Assembly (NCBI GenBank): GCA_963765675.1
Contig: CAVXXK010000001.1
Coordinates: 672,001-736,000 of the forward strand
Direction of reading: 5' to 3'
Length of the DNA: 64,000 nt
From: an uncultured delta proteobacterium
GTDB lineage: Bacteria > Desulfobacterota > Binatia > Binatales > Binataceae
The notes beneath the pieces were generated by a model. The model made no database searches. It was not told where the DNA came from and saw nothing but the letters and a program-made list of their open reading frames with translations. Position 1 is the first letter of the stretch; the number at the start of each line of letters is the position of its first letter. Positions 38,240 to 48,319 of this stretch are shown here, one piece after another. A program made the position numbers and the translations under genes.

Positions 38240-38968
38240 ATGAAGCACTTGCAACCACGAGGTCTCAGCCAGCGGCGTGTGGAGCAGCTTCTTTCGAAGA
38301 CGAGGTACGAGCGTTCCGCCGGTAGCCGAATTAACGTTCTCTCCCGGCACTTCCTTGGACATTCCTACCAACCAAATCCCCTGATTGGATCTCCCGATAC
38401 AGCCGAAGTATTCACGGCGTCGCTCGATGGATTCGATTGCGTCACGTACATCGAAACAATCCTGGCTCTCGCGCGCGCTTCCACCGGTGAAGACTTTATC
38501 GAGTGGCTGCGAAAGATTCGTTATGAACGAGGCCGCATTCAATGGGAACGGCGAAATCACTACATGACGCTCTGGATTCGCAACAATGTGCGCCAGGGAA
38601 TAATCAAGCGAGTTTCAACGCCGGCCGTCCCGATACTCAATAGAGAACGCGTTCTGAATGTCGTCCCCGGGCTCGCTGCACAGCGGACTCGTGTGAAATG
38701 TGTGCCAAAGCGGGCAGTGCTTCGGCGGTCAGCATATTTGCAGAGCGGTGATTTGATTTTTTTCGTGTCCACACGCAAAAATCTTGATGTCTTTCATGCC
38801 GGAATCATCGTACGCGACGGCAAAAGAGTCCTCCTGCGTCACGCATCGCGCAGCCAAGGCACTGTCGTGGAACAGGACTTGACTGAGTTTCTCAAGGCAA
38901 ATCGGATGGCCGGCGTGATTGTGGTACGGCCATCAGAGACGGCGCGACGAATCGCAGGCAGCAACTAA
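38240..38968 (+). CDS. DUF1460 / AmiA-like NlpC/P60 N-acetylmuramoyl-L-alanine amidase
   Basis: FLGHSY, FDCVTYIETILAL (catalytic Cys), RNHY, GDLIFF, LDVFHAGI and HAS motifs; no signal peptide. Confidence 0.85.
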   Translation: MKHLQPRGLSQRRVEQLLSKTRYERSAGSRINVLSRHFLGHSYQPNPLIGSPDTAEVFTASLDGFDCVTYIETILALARASTGEDFIEWLRKIRYERGRIQWERRNHYMTLWIRNNVRQGIIKRVSTPAVPILNRERVLNVVPGLAAQRTRVKCVPKRAVLRRSAYLQSGDLIFFVSTRKNLDVFHAGIIVRDGKRVLLRHASRSQGTVVEQDLTEFLKANRMAGVIVVRPSETARRIAGSN

Positions 38969-39040
38969 GATGGCCCGTTTATCGATGAGGCCAATCCTCC
39001 CCTCGGATACAGGAGATGGCGCGAAGCGGGAGAGTGAACC

Positions 39041-40316
39041 GTGAATATCATTTATCCAAATGATTCTTCGTCCGCGAGTATTCGGGAACTCTTGGACGCC
39101 GCTGATTCCGGCGTCCTCTTTCTCGGTGATCCACGTGTCAATATCGATCCCGGACCGCGCATGTTCGATCGAATGGCGCAGGTCATTATCGAGACTGGCG
39201 CCGGCTGGGTTTATGCCGACGCAGTGGACCATCAGTCGTATCGACTATCAAAGGGGGAGCATCCGCGACGGTTTCGATTTCGGTCCGGTGGTTGGCGTGT
39301 CGGTTCGGGCTGCGCATCAGTCAGGAATGGAGAACGCCTGGAAATGGGGAGGACTATACGACCTACGGTTGCGGATTTCTGAAAAGCACGCCCTCGTGCG
39401 GATTCCCGAACCGTTGTACAGCACTTCGACGGTTGATGCGCGGCCGACAGGTCAAAAGCAATTCGATTATGTAGATCCACGCAATCGCGATTATCAAGTC
39501 GAAATGGAGCGCATCGCGACGGCGCATCTGAAGCAAATCGGCGCCTGGTTGCAGCCTCACTTCAAGAAAGTTGCAGCCACAGCAGAAATATTTCCAGTAA
39601 AAGCCAGCGTCGTCATACCCGTTCGAAATCGCGAGCGGACAATTCGAGACGCCGTTCAAAGCGTCCTCGCCCAAAGCGTTGATTTTGAATTTAATCTGAT
39701 CGTGGTCGATAACCATTCGACGGATCGAACGACGGAAATCTTGCGCGGTATCGGCGATTCGCGTGTTAAACACATCGTTCCCGAGCGCCGGGACTTGGGA
39801 ATCGGCGGATGCTGGAACGAGGCAATCTATTCCAGAGACTGCGGACAATACGCCATCCAACTTGATTCTGACGACCTGTACGTCAATGATGGCGTCCTTC
39901 GCCGAATCGTTGCGGAACTTGAAGCGGGACCTTATGCGATGCTCATAGGCTCGTATACCATGGTCGATTTTTCGCTGAAGGAGATTTCACCGGGTCTTAT
40001 AGACCATCGCGAGTGGAGCCGCGAGAACGGAAGAAATAATGCGCTCCGCGTCAACGGTCTTGGCGCGCCGCGCGCATTCGATACGTCGGTTTTGCGCCGT
40101 ATCGGATTTCCGAATGTCAGCTATGGCGAGGACTACGCCGTAGCGCTTCGCATCAGCCGTGATTACGAGATCGGCCGGATTTACGACTCGCTTTATCTTT
40201 GCCGTCGTTGGGAAGGCAATAGCGACAGCGCGCTACCTCTCGAGGTGGCGAATCGATACGATTTGTATAAGGACTGGCTCCGAACTATCGAGATTCAGGC
40301 TCGAATCCAGGGATGA
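39041..40316 (+). pseudogene. Glycosyltransferase family 2, split by a 1-nt insertion at ~39233-39236 (pseudogene or assembly error)
   Basis: The N-part ...GAGWVYADAVDH (ORF from 39041) continues as RIDYQRGSIRDGFDFG...QFDYVDPRNR...SVVIPVRNRE...QLDSDD...NGLGAPRAF in the 39060 frame. Confidence 0.82.
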
Positions 40317-41206
40317 TCCTCGAACTGGAAGATCTATTTCAGCGGCAGGAGCGGGCGTGGCCGCAGCTCGCGAAAGGCATTGAAGGCCTGGCGCGGGCGA
40401 AGACACGGCCAATACGGATCGACTGGTTCGACATCTTCGTCCGTCACATTCCCCATCGCTTGGGCAGTACCACAGCCTCGATCGACCACGAGTCGATTGC
40501 GAACCGACCCTGTTTCTTATGTGCAGGAAATCTTCCTCCGGAGGAGGAAGGTGTGAAGTTTGACGAGGATTTCACGATCTACTGCAATCCGTTTCCAATC
40601 GTGGATCGCCACCTGACGATCGCTCACAGGAAACACGGTTCGCAGCGCATCGCGAATCAGTTTGGAAAAATGTTGGACCTTGCTGCAGCGTTGCCAGGAT
40701 ATTTCGTCATCTATAACGGGCCCGAATGCGGAGCGTCCGCGCCGGACCACATGCACTTTCAGGCTGGCTCGCGAAGATTGTTTCCGATCGAGAAAGACAC
40801 CGCGGGACTGACTGGCGTCGCCGTGCCGAACTACGGAAGAAATGTCCTTTTGTTTCGTGAAAGAGATCGGTCGGCTTTGATCCATCGAATGGATCGCGTC
40901 CTCGATCTGCTCGCGGAAATGACCGGCAAACGCTCGGAACCGATGGTCAACATAGCGGTCTTTCATGAGCAACGAGAGTGGGTCACGTACCTGTTCCCGC
41001 GAGGAAAACATCGGCCAGAGGTCTTTCACACGGGCGAACTGACGGTGAGTCCGGCATCGATTGATTTGTGTGGAATATTTGTTACGCCCCTGGCACAAGA
41101 TTTTGAAAGAATCGCGGCGGACGCGATTGGCGCAATTTTCCGAGAGGTCACGCTACCTGACGGTCAATTTCAGGAAGTCGTCAAGAAGCTGGAGACTGAG
41201 CGGTGA
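40313..41206 (+). CDS. DUF4922 protein (HIT/GalT-like HxHxQ nucleotidyl phosphorylase fold)
   Basis: RPCFLC, NPFPI, HLTI, YNGPECGASAPDHMHFQ, FPRGKHRP and VSPASIDLCG motifs. Confidence 0.85.
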   Translation: MILELEDLFQRQERAWPQLAKGIEGLARAKTRPIRIDWFDIFVRHIPHRLGSTTASIDHESIANRPCFLCAGNLPPEEEGVKFDEDFTIYCNPFPIVDRHLTIAHRKHGSQRIANQFGKMLDLAAALPGYFVIYNGPECGASAPDHMHFQAGSRRLFPIEKDTAGLTGVAVPNYGRNVLLFRERDRSALIHRMDRVLDLLAEMTGKRSEPMVNIAVFHEQREWVTYLFPRGKHRPEVFHTGELTVSPASIDLCGIFVTPLAQDFERIAADAIGAIFREVTLPDGQFQEVVKKLETER

Positions 41207-42423
41207 ACGTATCTGTAGGCCTGATTGAAAGACAATCCGCGGTTGAAGTGGAATTGACCGGCAGGTTTACGGACACTTCTGGCAAGCCGTACATTTCTGG
41301 GCGCTACAGATTTACTTCGGAAGTAACGCTTACTCCGTCGGACCTGGCATCCTGCGCATTTGCGCTGGAAGAGGTCACGATCGGAATCGGATTTCATTGG
41401 GAACGCAAGGAGCGCCAGGTATTCCGTGGAGCTCTTCGTCTCGTGAAACGAGAAGCCGGTCTGACGGTGATCAATGATATTTCACTCGAAGAGTATGTCA
41501 CGAGCGTGATTTCGTCCGAGATGAGCGCGTCGTGTCCTTTCGAACTGCTGAAAGCTCACGCGGTGATTTCGCGCAGCTGGATGTGGTTTCCGAAAGCAAA
41601 TCCTTCTCCGCCTGAGGGAGCGGAGAGTCAGGGTCTCAATTCCCATGAAATTCGTCGCTGGTATGGGCGCGAAGCACATCCGGATTTCGATGTGTGCGCC
41701 GACGACCACTGCCAGCGGTATCAGGGCATCACGAAAATGTTCTCTGTGGCTGCAGCCGACGCGGTTCGTGCAACGGCCGGCCAGTTTCTCCGTTACCGCG
41801 GCGCTATTTGCGACGCACGGTTTTCCAAGTCCTGCGGTGGAATAACCGAGCGCTACGCGACCGCTTGGGAAGATCAAGATATTCCCTACCTCAGATCTGT
41901 CTACGACGGTCCGGCGCAACCTCGCTCTTATAGTCCTGAGACATGGATTCGCTCCAGTCCGCCGGCCTACTGCAATACGGAGGATTCGGAGCTCCTGTCA
42001 CGCGTTCTCCCGGGGTTCGACCAGGAAACACGCGATTTCTTTCGATGGAAGGTCGCGTATACGCCCGAAGAACTCGCCGATCTGATCAGATCGAGGATCG
42101 CCGTGGACCTTGGTCCGATTCGCGACCTACGGGCACTCGCCCGAGGACCTTCAGGCCGAATATATCGGCTGAGGATCACCGGCAAACGCGATCACGTGAC
42201 CGTCGGTAAAGAACTGGAAATTCGCCGCGCTTTATCGCACACGCATCTCTACAGCTCTGCATTTGTCGTAGACAACGAGTCTGGCCTTTTCGTCTTGAGA
42301 GGAGCCGGCTGGGGACATGGTGTCGGTCTATGCCAGATCGGCGCGGCAGTCATGGCAAATGAGGGCAAGATCTACTCAGAAATCCTGCAGCATTACTATC
42401 GTGGGACCACCGTCAGCGTCTGA
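41203..42423 (+). CDS. SpoIID/LytB-domain lytic transglycosylase
   Basis: LEEYVTSVISSEM, LKAHAVISRS, DVCADDHCQRYQG and GAGWGHGVGLCQIGA...ILQHYY motifs. Confidence 0.92.
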   Translation: MNVSVGLIERQSAVEVELTGRFTDTSGKPYISGRYRFTSEVTLTPSDLASCAFALEEVTIGIGFHWERKERQVFRGALRLVKREAGLTVINDISLEEYVTSVISSEMSASCPFELLKAHAVISRSWMWFPKANPSPPEGAESQGLNSHEIRRWYGREAHPDFDVCADDHCQRYQGITKMFSVAAADAVRATAGQFLRYRGAICDARFSKSCGGITERYATAWEDQDIPYLRSVYDGPAQPRSYSPETWIRSSPPAYCNTEDSELLSRVLPGFDQETRDFFRWKVAYTPEELADLIRSRIAVDLGPIRDLRALARGPSGRIYRLRITGKRDHVTVGKELEIRRALSHTHLYSSAFVVDNESGLFVLRGAGWGHGVGLCQIGAAVMANEGKIYSEILQHYYRGTTVSV

Positions 42424-42568
42424 TTTCCGCGCCGCGCGCTGGCGCCGATCCTGGATCCGGCAGAAGCGAATGGATGAGCCCCATCGCGACGCGGACCGCG
42501 GCGCTATCCTTGCGCTTCTTTCACAAGCATCGTGACGCGCGTGGCTAACCGCGCGAGACGCGAGCCTC

Positions 42569-43120
42569 CTACTTCTTCGCGCCCGGCAGGAAATCGTCGA
42601 GCGGGACGCCGAAGCTGTTCAGCGCCCACGACACCAGGTTGTACTGGCCAATCGCAAAAACCACATCCATCATCTGCTCGGTGTTATATTTCTCCGCAAG
42701 CGTGGCCCATGTCTGGTCGGATACGACTGAGTTCTCGAACAGGTCGTCGGCGGCCTGGAGAATCGCGGCGTCGTGCCGGTTCCATCCGGCCTTCGGCCCC
42801 TTTTGGATCTGCTCGATCTCGGCGTCGGAGATCCCCGAGCGCTTGCCGATAATCACGTGCTGCTCCCATTCGTACGGCGCCTGGTTGAGCCATCCGATGC
42901 GCAGGATCGCGAGTTCGCGGTCGCGCGGCGGCAGCGTGGATTTGCCCAGCACGTGCGCCGCAAACACCATCCAGCGCCGCGCGAGCGCCGGATGGTTCAT
43001 CAGGACGCGAAAGATGTTGATGACCTGCCCGTTGATCTGGTTCTTGTCGGCGGTCTCGCGATCTTCGCCGGTCAGGGTGGATAGATCGCGAAACGGAAGA
43101 CGCTGCTTGCGTGGATTCAT
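42569..43120 (-). CDS. Carboxymuconolactone decarboxylase (AhpD-like) family protein
   Basis: NIFRVLMNHP, LPPRDRELAILRIG and YEWEQH motifs. Confidence 0.85.
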   Translation of the reverse strand: MNPRKQRLPFRDLSTLTGEDRETADKNQINGQVINIFRVLMNHPALARRWMVFAAHVLGKSTLPPRDRELAILRIGWLNQAPYEWEQHVIIGKRSGISDAEIEQIQKGPKAGWNRHDAAILQAADDLFENSVVSDQTWATLAEKYNTEQMMDVVFAIGQYNLVSWALNSFGVPLDDFLPGAKK

Positions 43121-43343
43121 CGCTGACGCTCCATCAGTAGGGTTGAGGATGCGGCCGCACTCCGGCCCGCTTCGCTTATAGATCGACACGGCCGGATTCA
43201 CCAGAGCGCGGATCCTCTGAGGACAGCCCGAACGATCGTTAGGCTTGATCCTCGGCGCGCGCCTGCGCGATACTGCCTGTTGAACGGTCGGTATGTTAAT
43301 CGCGCTCTGCGCGTCCAACCGAACCCTGCGAGGAGACAGTGAG

Positions 43344-45065
43344 ATGCATGACCTGGTAATCCGAAACGGCAGAATTGTCGATGGCACGGGCGCGATTGCC
43401 TTTAATGGCGACATCGCGATCGATGGCGGCCGAATCTCGAGCATCGGCAAGAGGGCCGGCGCCGCACGGCGCGAAATCGACGCCGACGGGATGCTCGTCA
43501 CGCCCGGCTTCGTCGATATCCACACGCATTACGACGGCCAGGTCACCTGGGATCCATATCTGACCCCCTCTTCATGGCACGGCGTCACGACTCTTGTGAT
43601 GGGCAACTGCGGCGTCGGCTTCGCTCCGGTCCAACCCGACAAGCACGAATTTCTGATCGGCCTGATGGAAGGCGTCGAGGATATTCCTGGAACCGCGCTG
43701 GCCGAAGGAATCAAGTGGGGATGGGAAAGCTTTCCCGAATACATGGACGCCGTCGCCGCGATGCCGCGCGTGCTCGACGTTGGCGCGCAGGTGCCGCACG
43801 GCGCGGTGCGCGCCTACGTGATGGGCGAGCGCGGCGCGCATAACGAGGAAGCGACCGACGACGATATCCGCCGGATGGCGGACGTCGTACGCGAAGGGCT
43901 GCGCGCCGGCGCGTTAGGCTTCACTACCTCGCGCACGATGCTGCATCGCGCGAAGAACAAGGAAGTCGTTCCTGGCACCTACGCCAGCGAGGCCGAGCTG
44001 ATCGGAATCGGTCGCGTGCTCGGCGAAGTCGGCCACGGCGTGTTCGAGATGGCATCCGATATGGCGGGGCCCGACGCCACCATGGAGTGGATGATCAAGC
44101 TGTCCTCGGCGACGCGGCTGCCGATCACGTTTGCGATGGCACAGGTCGATTTCAATCCCGAGGGATGGCGCGTGATGCTCGATCGCGTGCGCGGCTACAA
44201 CTCCGATGGCGCTCATCTCGCTCCACAAATCTCGCCCCGCCCCACCGGAATGCTGATGGGGCTCGAGAGCTCGCTGCATCCGTTCATCACCCATCCGACC
44301 TATCATCGCGAGCTCGCGCATCTGCCGCTCGCCGAGCGCGTCGCACGGATGCGCAATCCTGAACTTCGAGCACGCCTGATCGCCGAAGAGCCGGGCACGC
44401 ATGAGCGGGTGACGCGCTACCTGGTGACCAACTTCTCGCGCTATTTTCCGCTCGGCGATCCTCCTGACTACGAACCCGCAAAGGATGCCAGCGTCGCGGC
44501 GCGCGCCGCGCGCGAGGGCCGCAGCCCGGTCGAGGTCACTTACGATCTCATGCTCGAACGCGAGGGCCGCGAGCTGCTCTACATGCCGTTTTCCAACTAC
44601 GCCGCCTACAATCTCGATGCCGTGCGCGAGATGATGCTCGATCCGGTCACGATGCTCGGCCTGAGCGACGGCGGCGCGCATTGCGGCCTCATCTGCGACG
44701 CGAGCATGCCGACCTATCTGCTGACGCACTGGGTGCGCGACCGCAGCCGCGGCGAGCGCCTGCCGGTCGAGTTCGTGGTCAAGCGCCAGACGCACGATAC
44801 CGCGCGGATGTATGGGCTCAACGATCGCGGAACGCTCGAAGCCGGAATGAAGGCAGACGTGAACGTGATCGATCTCGACGGGATGCGCCTGCATGCGCCG
44901 CACATGGTCTTCGATCTGCCCGCCGGCGGCCGCCGGTTGATCCAGCGCGCCGAGGGCTATCGCCATACGGTCGTCAGCGGCGAGGTCACGTTCGAAAATG
45001 GCGAGCCCACCGGAGCGATGCCGGGGAAATTGATTCGCGGCCCGCAGGCCGTCGCAACCGCCTGA
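43344..45065 (+). CDS. N-acyl-D-amino-acid deacylase family amidohydrolase
   Basis: [26 protein letters not shown] and ADVNVID motifs; AGGAG RBS. Confidence 0.92.
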   Translation: MHDLVIRNGRIVDGTGAIAFNGDIAIDGGRISSIGKRAGAARREIDADGMLVTPGFVDIHTHYDGQVTWDPYLTPSSWHGVTTLVMGNCGVGFAPVQPDKHEFLIGLMEGVEDIPGTALAEGIKWGWESFPEYMDAVAAMPRVLDVGAQVPHGAVRAYVMGERGAHNEEATDDDIRRMADVVREGLRAGALGFTTSRTMLHRAKNKEVVPGTYASEAELIGIGRVLGEVGHGVFEMASDMAGPDATMEWMIKLSSATRLPITFAMAQVDFNPEGWRVMLDRVRGYNSDGAHLAPQISPRPTGMLMGLESSLHPFITHPTYHRELAHLPLAERVARMRNPELRARLIAEEPGTHERVTRYLVTNFSRYFPLGDPPDYEPAKDASVAARAAREGRSPVEVTYDLMLEREGRELLYMPFSNYAAYNLDAVREMMLDPVTMLGLSDGGAHCGLICDASMPTYLLTHWVRDRSRGERLPVEFVVKRQTHDTARMYGLNDRGTLEAGMKADVNVIDLDGMRLHAPHMVFDLPAGGRRLIQRAEGYRHTVVSGEVTFENGEPTGAMPGKLIRGPQAVATA

Positions 45066-45088
45066 ACGTCAACTCAAATCGAACCCCT

Positions 45089-45127
45089 CGGGGCGCGAGC
45101 GATCAACGTTCGCGCCTCGTCTTTTTT
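45089..45127 (+). terminator. Rho-independent terminator
   Basis: CGGGGCGCGAGCG-atcaa-CGTTCGCGCCTCG followed by TCTTTTTT. Confidence 0.75.
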
Positions 45128-45219
45128 CCATTACCTCACATTTCGGTGCGCGCGGGGTCATAGCGTGATATCGAGTCATTATTGAGGGCCCCAATATCGC
45201 GCGCGATCGAGGACAACAC

Positions 45220-45627
45220 ATGGACTATCGCAATATGCTCGAAGATCAGCAGATTCCGCTCGCGAATCTGCTCGGAATCCGCTTTCTGACCGCCGAGCCT
45301 GAACGGGTGACCGCGGAGCTGGCCGTCCGCGCGGAAATCTGCACCGTCCCCGCGATTCTGCATGGCGGCGCGATCATGGCTTTCGCCGACACGCTCGGTG
45401 CGTGCGCGACGATGCTCAATCTGCCCAAGGGAGCGGGCACGACGACGCTCGAATCGAAGACTAATTTCCTTTCCGGCGCGCCGGTCGGCAGCAAGGTGAT
45501 CGGCGAATGCACTCCGATTCATCGCGGACGGAGCACGATGGTCTGGCAGACGCGGATCACGCTCGAAAGCGGCAAGCTGTGCGCGATCGTCACGCAGACC
45601 CAGATGGTGCTCCAGCCGCGCGTCTGA
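45220..45627 (+). CDS. PaaI-family hotdog thioesterase
   Basis: ILHGGAIMAFADTLG, TTTLESKTNF and HRGRSTMVWQ motifs. Confidence 0.92.
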   Translation: MDYRNMLEDQQIPLANLLGIRFLTAEPERVTAELAVRAEICTVPAILHGGAIMAFADTLGACATMLNLPKGAGTTTLESKTNFLSGAPVGSKVIGECTPIHRGRSTMVWQTRITLESGKLCAIVTQTQMVLQPRV

Positions 45628-46165
45628 TTTTGGCCGCGGCTGGTTGCGCCTCCAGCTTGTCCGAGAATTCGCGCAACGCTTCGTACCAGATAAGCTTGTC
45701 CTTGAAACCGGGAAAGCTCGCGTTGAGACCGCTAGGGTTCGGCAGAGCGAACACCCGCGCGCCCGCGATAGTTTCGGGTTTGACGCCAGCTCCTGGAGCC
45801 GCCGACGGGCCGAAGTAACGCCGATAGATGCTGACCCCAACGAACGCGACCACCTGCGGCTCGAGTTTGCGGATCTTCCGCGTGAGCACGCGCTCGCCAC
45901 GATCCAGCTCCTCGCGCCCAAGCTCCGACGCCGCACGAGTCGCGCGCGCACACACGTTGGTAATCGCAAACCCGAACTCCACGAGCCTGTGGTCATCTTC
46001 ATGCGTCAGCTCGATCGGCACCAGCCCCGATGCATGCATCAAGCGCCAGAACGGATTCGCGGGACCAGCAAAGTGATGGCCGGTGGACGCCGACCGCGGG
46101 CTGGGATTAATTCCCACCAATAAAATGCGCGGCCGATTGATCAGGATGTCGTGGAGACGGTGCAT
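45590..46165 (-). CDS. mug: G/U mismatch-specific DNA glycosylase
   Basis: VGINPS, HHFAGPANPFW and LPNPSGLNA motifs. Confidence 0.9.
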   Translation of the reverse strand: MHRLHDILINRPRILLVGINPSPRSASTGHHFAGPANPFWRLMHASGLVPIELTHEDDHRLVEFGFAITNVCARATRAASELGREELDRGERVLTRKIRKLEPQVVAFVGVSIYRRYFGPSAAPGAGVKPETIAGARVFALPNPSGLNASFPGFKDKLIWYEALREFSDKLEAQPAAAKIRRAAGAPSGSA

Positions 46166-46215
46166 AAATCCCTTCTTTGCGATGCGGCGCAATTCGCGAT
46201 ATCCATAGGCGCATT

Positions 46216-47100
46216 GTGCGTGAAGAATTCTCGCTGATTAGCGCCGCCGATGGAATCACGATCGCGTGCTACCGATGGTTCGCACCGGAACCGGCGGTCG
46301 GCATCGTCCAGATTGCCCACGGGATGGGCGAGCATGCGTTGCGTTATACCGCCTTCGCCGACTATCTGAATCGCGCGGGCTTTCACGTCTATGCCAACGA
46401 TCATCGCGGCCACGGCCGCACCGCCGCAAAGCCTGACCAGCTCGGCGACTTCGGCGCGGCCGGATGGAACGGGCTGGTCGCAGATATGGCGCAACTCACG
46501 CGCCACGCGCAGGTCGAGCATCGCAGCCTGCCAATCGTCCTGCTCGGCCACAGCATGGGTTCGTTTGCCGCACAGCAGTACATCCTCGATCACAGCGAGC
46601 TTATCGCGGGTGTGATTCTTTCCGGGTCGGCTTCCCTGGATCGGCTTTTCGTCAGCTCTGCCGTGCCTGCGGATTCTTCAAAGCCGGCGGATTTGACCGC
46701 GCTCAATCGCGACTTCGAGCCGGCTCGCACGCCGTTCGACTGGCTGAGCCGCGATCCCGCCGAGGTCGATAAATATGTCGCCGATCCACTGTGCGGCTTC
46801 GGCATAGACGCGAAGGCGACCATCTCGATGGCGGCCGGCGGCGCTCGCACGGTCGATACCGCCGAGATTGCGCGAATCCGCAAGACCCTGCCGATCTACA
46901 TTTTCGCCGGAGACAAGGATCCGGTGAATCATCATCTGGAATGGCTGCGGCCGCTCGGCGAGCGCTATCGTGCCACCGGAGTCAAGAACCTCACCGAAAA
47001 ATTCTACCCGGACGGCCGCCACGAGATGCTCAACGAGATCAATCGCGCCGAAGTGATGCATGATACGGTCGAGTGGCTGCGCGCCGTAATCGCGAAGTAA
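46216..47100 (+). CDS. Alpha/beta hydrolase (lysophospholipase/serine aminopeptidase S33-like)
   Basis: IAHGMGEH, DHRGHG, GHSMG nucleophile elbow and RHEMLNE. Confidence 0.9.
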   Translation: MREEFSLISAADGITIACYRWFAPEPAVGIVQIAHGMGEHALRYTAFADYLNRAGFHVYANDHRGHGRTAAKPDQLGDFGAAGWNGLVADMAQLTRHAQVEHRSLPIVLLGHSMGSFAAQQYILDHSELIAGVILSGSASLDRLFVSSAVPADSSKPADLTALNRDFEPARTPFDWLSRDPAEVDKYVADPLCGFGIDAKATISMAAGGARTVDTAEIARIRKTLPIYIFAGDKDPVNHHLEWLRPLGERYRATGVKNLTEKFYPDGRHEMLNEINRAEVMHDTVEWLRAVIAK

Positions 47101-47157
47101 GTATTACTACTGCTCAGTCGGCAGTAGAATGCTATATCACTTTCGAGGGAGGGAACC

Positions 47158-47538
47158 GTGAAGATAGCAACACTGATAGTCAGGATCCTGCTCGGCTTGA
47201 TATTCATTATCTTTGGACTGAACGGCTTTCTGCATTTTCTGCCGACTCCCGCGATGCCCGCGGCGGCTGGACAATTCTTCGGAGCGCTCTTCGCTACTGG
47301 CTATATGATTCCGCTGCTGTTCGCGACTCAGTTGGTCGGCGGAATTCTTCTTATCATCGGAGTTATCGTTCCCTTCGCGTTAGTCATTCTCGCGCCAATC
47401 GTAGTAAATATATTTTTCTTTCACCTTGTCCTGGATCCGGGAGGATTCTCGCCCGCGATCGTAGTTATAATCTTCGAGTTATTTCTCGCGTGGCAGTACC
47501 GAGCTGCCTTTACCTCGCTGTTCGTTCCGGCGACGTAA
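47158..47538 (+). CDS. DoxX-family membrane protein
   Basis: RILLGLIFIIFGLNGF and PIVVNIFFFH motifs; four TM segments. Confidence 0.85.
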   Translation: MKIATLIVRILLGLIFIIFGLNGFLHFLPTPAMPAAAGQFFGALFATGYMIPLLFATQLVGGILLIIGVIVPFALVILAPIVVNIFFFHLVLDPGGFSPAIVVIIFELFLAWQYRAAFTSLFVPAT

Positions 47539-47575
47539 CGTCTCGAATCGGGCTCGGGCGCGCCTGCCTCACCCG

Positions 47576-48073
47576 CTATGCTCCAGCCGACGGAGCGGCG
47601 GCGATACTCTGTACGAGCAGGTCGAGCGCCTTGGCTGAGAACTCGTACATGTTCGCGACCCGGTCGGGGCTGCCGGTTTCGATTGTGAGCGAGCGCTCGA
47701 CAGGTCCCGCGACCGCGACGCAGCTGTGTCCCGGAGCGTCGCCGTAGCGATTGCCGGTGGGACCGCTCGCGCCAATCTCGCCGATAGCCCAGGTGGCGCC
47801 GAACCGCTCGCGCGCGCGCCGCGCCAGCGCCATCGAATATTGTTCCGTCACCGAGCGAAATCCCTTGAAGTCTTCATCCGGAATACCCAGCGCGCGACGC
47901 CCCTTGAGCGTATAGACCACGCCACCGCCGATAAAATATGCGGATGCGCCCGCGATGCTGAGAATTGCCGCCGAGATCAGTCCTCCAGTGGTCGATTCCG
48001 CCACGGCAACGCTTTCGCCGCGGCTGTTGAGCAGCGCCCCGATTCTTTCCGCGAACGGTATCAGCTCGCGCAT
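47576..48073 (-). CDS. CinA C-terminal / PncC-like NMN deamidase
   Basis: VAVAESTTGGLIS, GASAYFIGGGVVY and GASGP motifs; ATG after GGAGGA. Confidence 0.88.
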   Translation of the reverse strand: MRELIPFAERIGALLNSRGESVAVAESTTGGLISAAILSIAGASAYFIGGGVVYTLKGRRALGIPDEDFKGFRSVTEQYSMALARRARERFGATWAIGEIGASGPTGNRYGDAPGHSCVAVAGPVERSLTIETGSPDRVANMYEFSAKALDLLVQSIAAAPSAGA

Positions 48074-48120
48074 CTGCTTGTCCTCCCGATTCAGTGATCC
48101 GGATTCGATCACCCATCCGA

Positions 48121-48216
48121 TGGCGGAGGGGGGAGGGAGTCGAACCCTCCGGCAACAATATTAGCCGCCAAGCCGGTTTTGAAGACCGGTGGGGCCACCG
48201 GGCCCCTTCCTCCTCC
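48121..48216 (-). tRNA. selC: tRNA-Sec (anticodon UCA)
   Basis: GGAGGAGG-AA-GGGGCC CGGT GGCCCC-A-CCGGT CT TCA AA ACCGG-long variable arm (GGCGGC/GTTGCC)-GAGGG TTCGACT CCCTC-CCCCCTCC-G-CCA. It is 96 nt with an 8/5 acceptor/T fold and a 6-bp D stem with 4-nt loop. Confidence 0.95.
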
Positions 48217-48319
48217 GATATAGCGACTCATGCCAGAAAGCCGTGCGGCGTCGCCACCGCGCGCGCGAACCTCAAATCGCGGCCACGATGGCGGGCCTCT
48301 CGTTCTCCGATACGGAGTC

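Noticed and set aside
43914-44966. Long antisense/shadow ORFs (also 24838-25782, 36917-37660, 45136-46002, 62028-62885)
   Set aside because: They are typical high-GC shadow frames overlapping well-supported genes and have no recognisable motifs.
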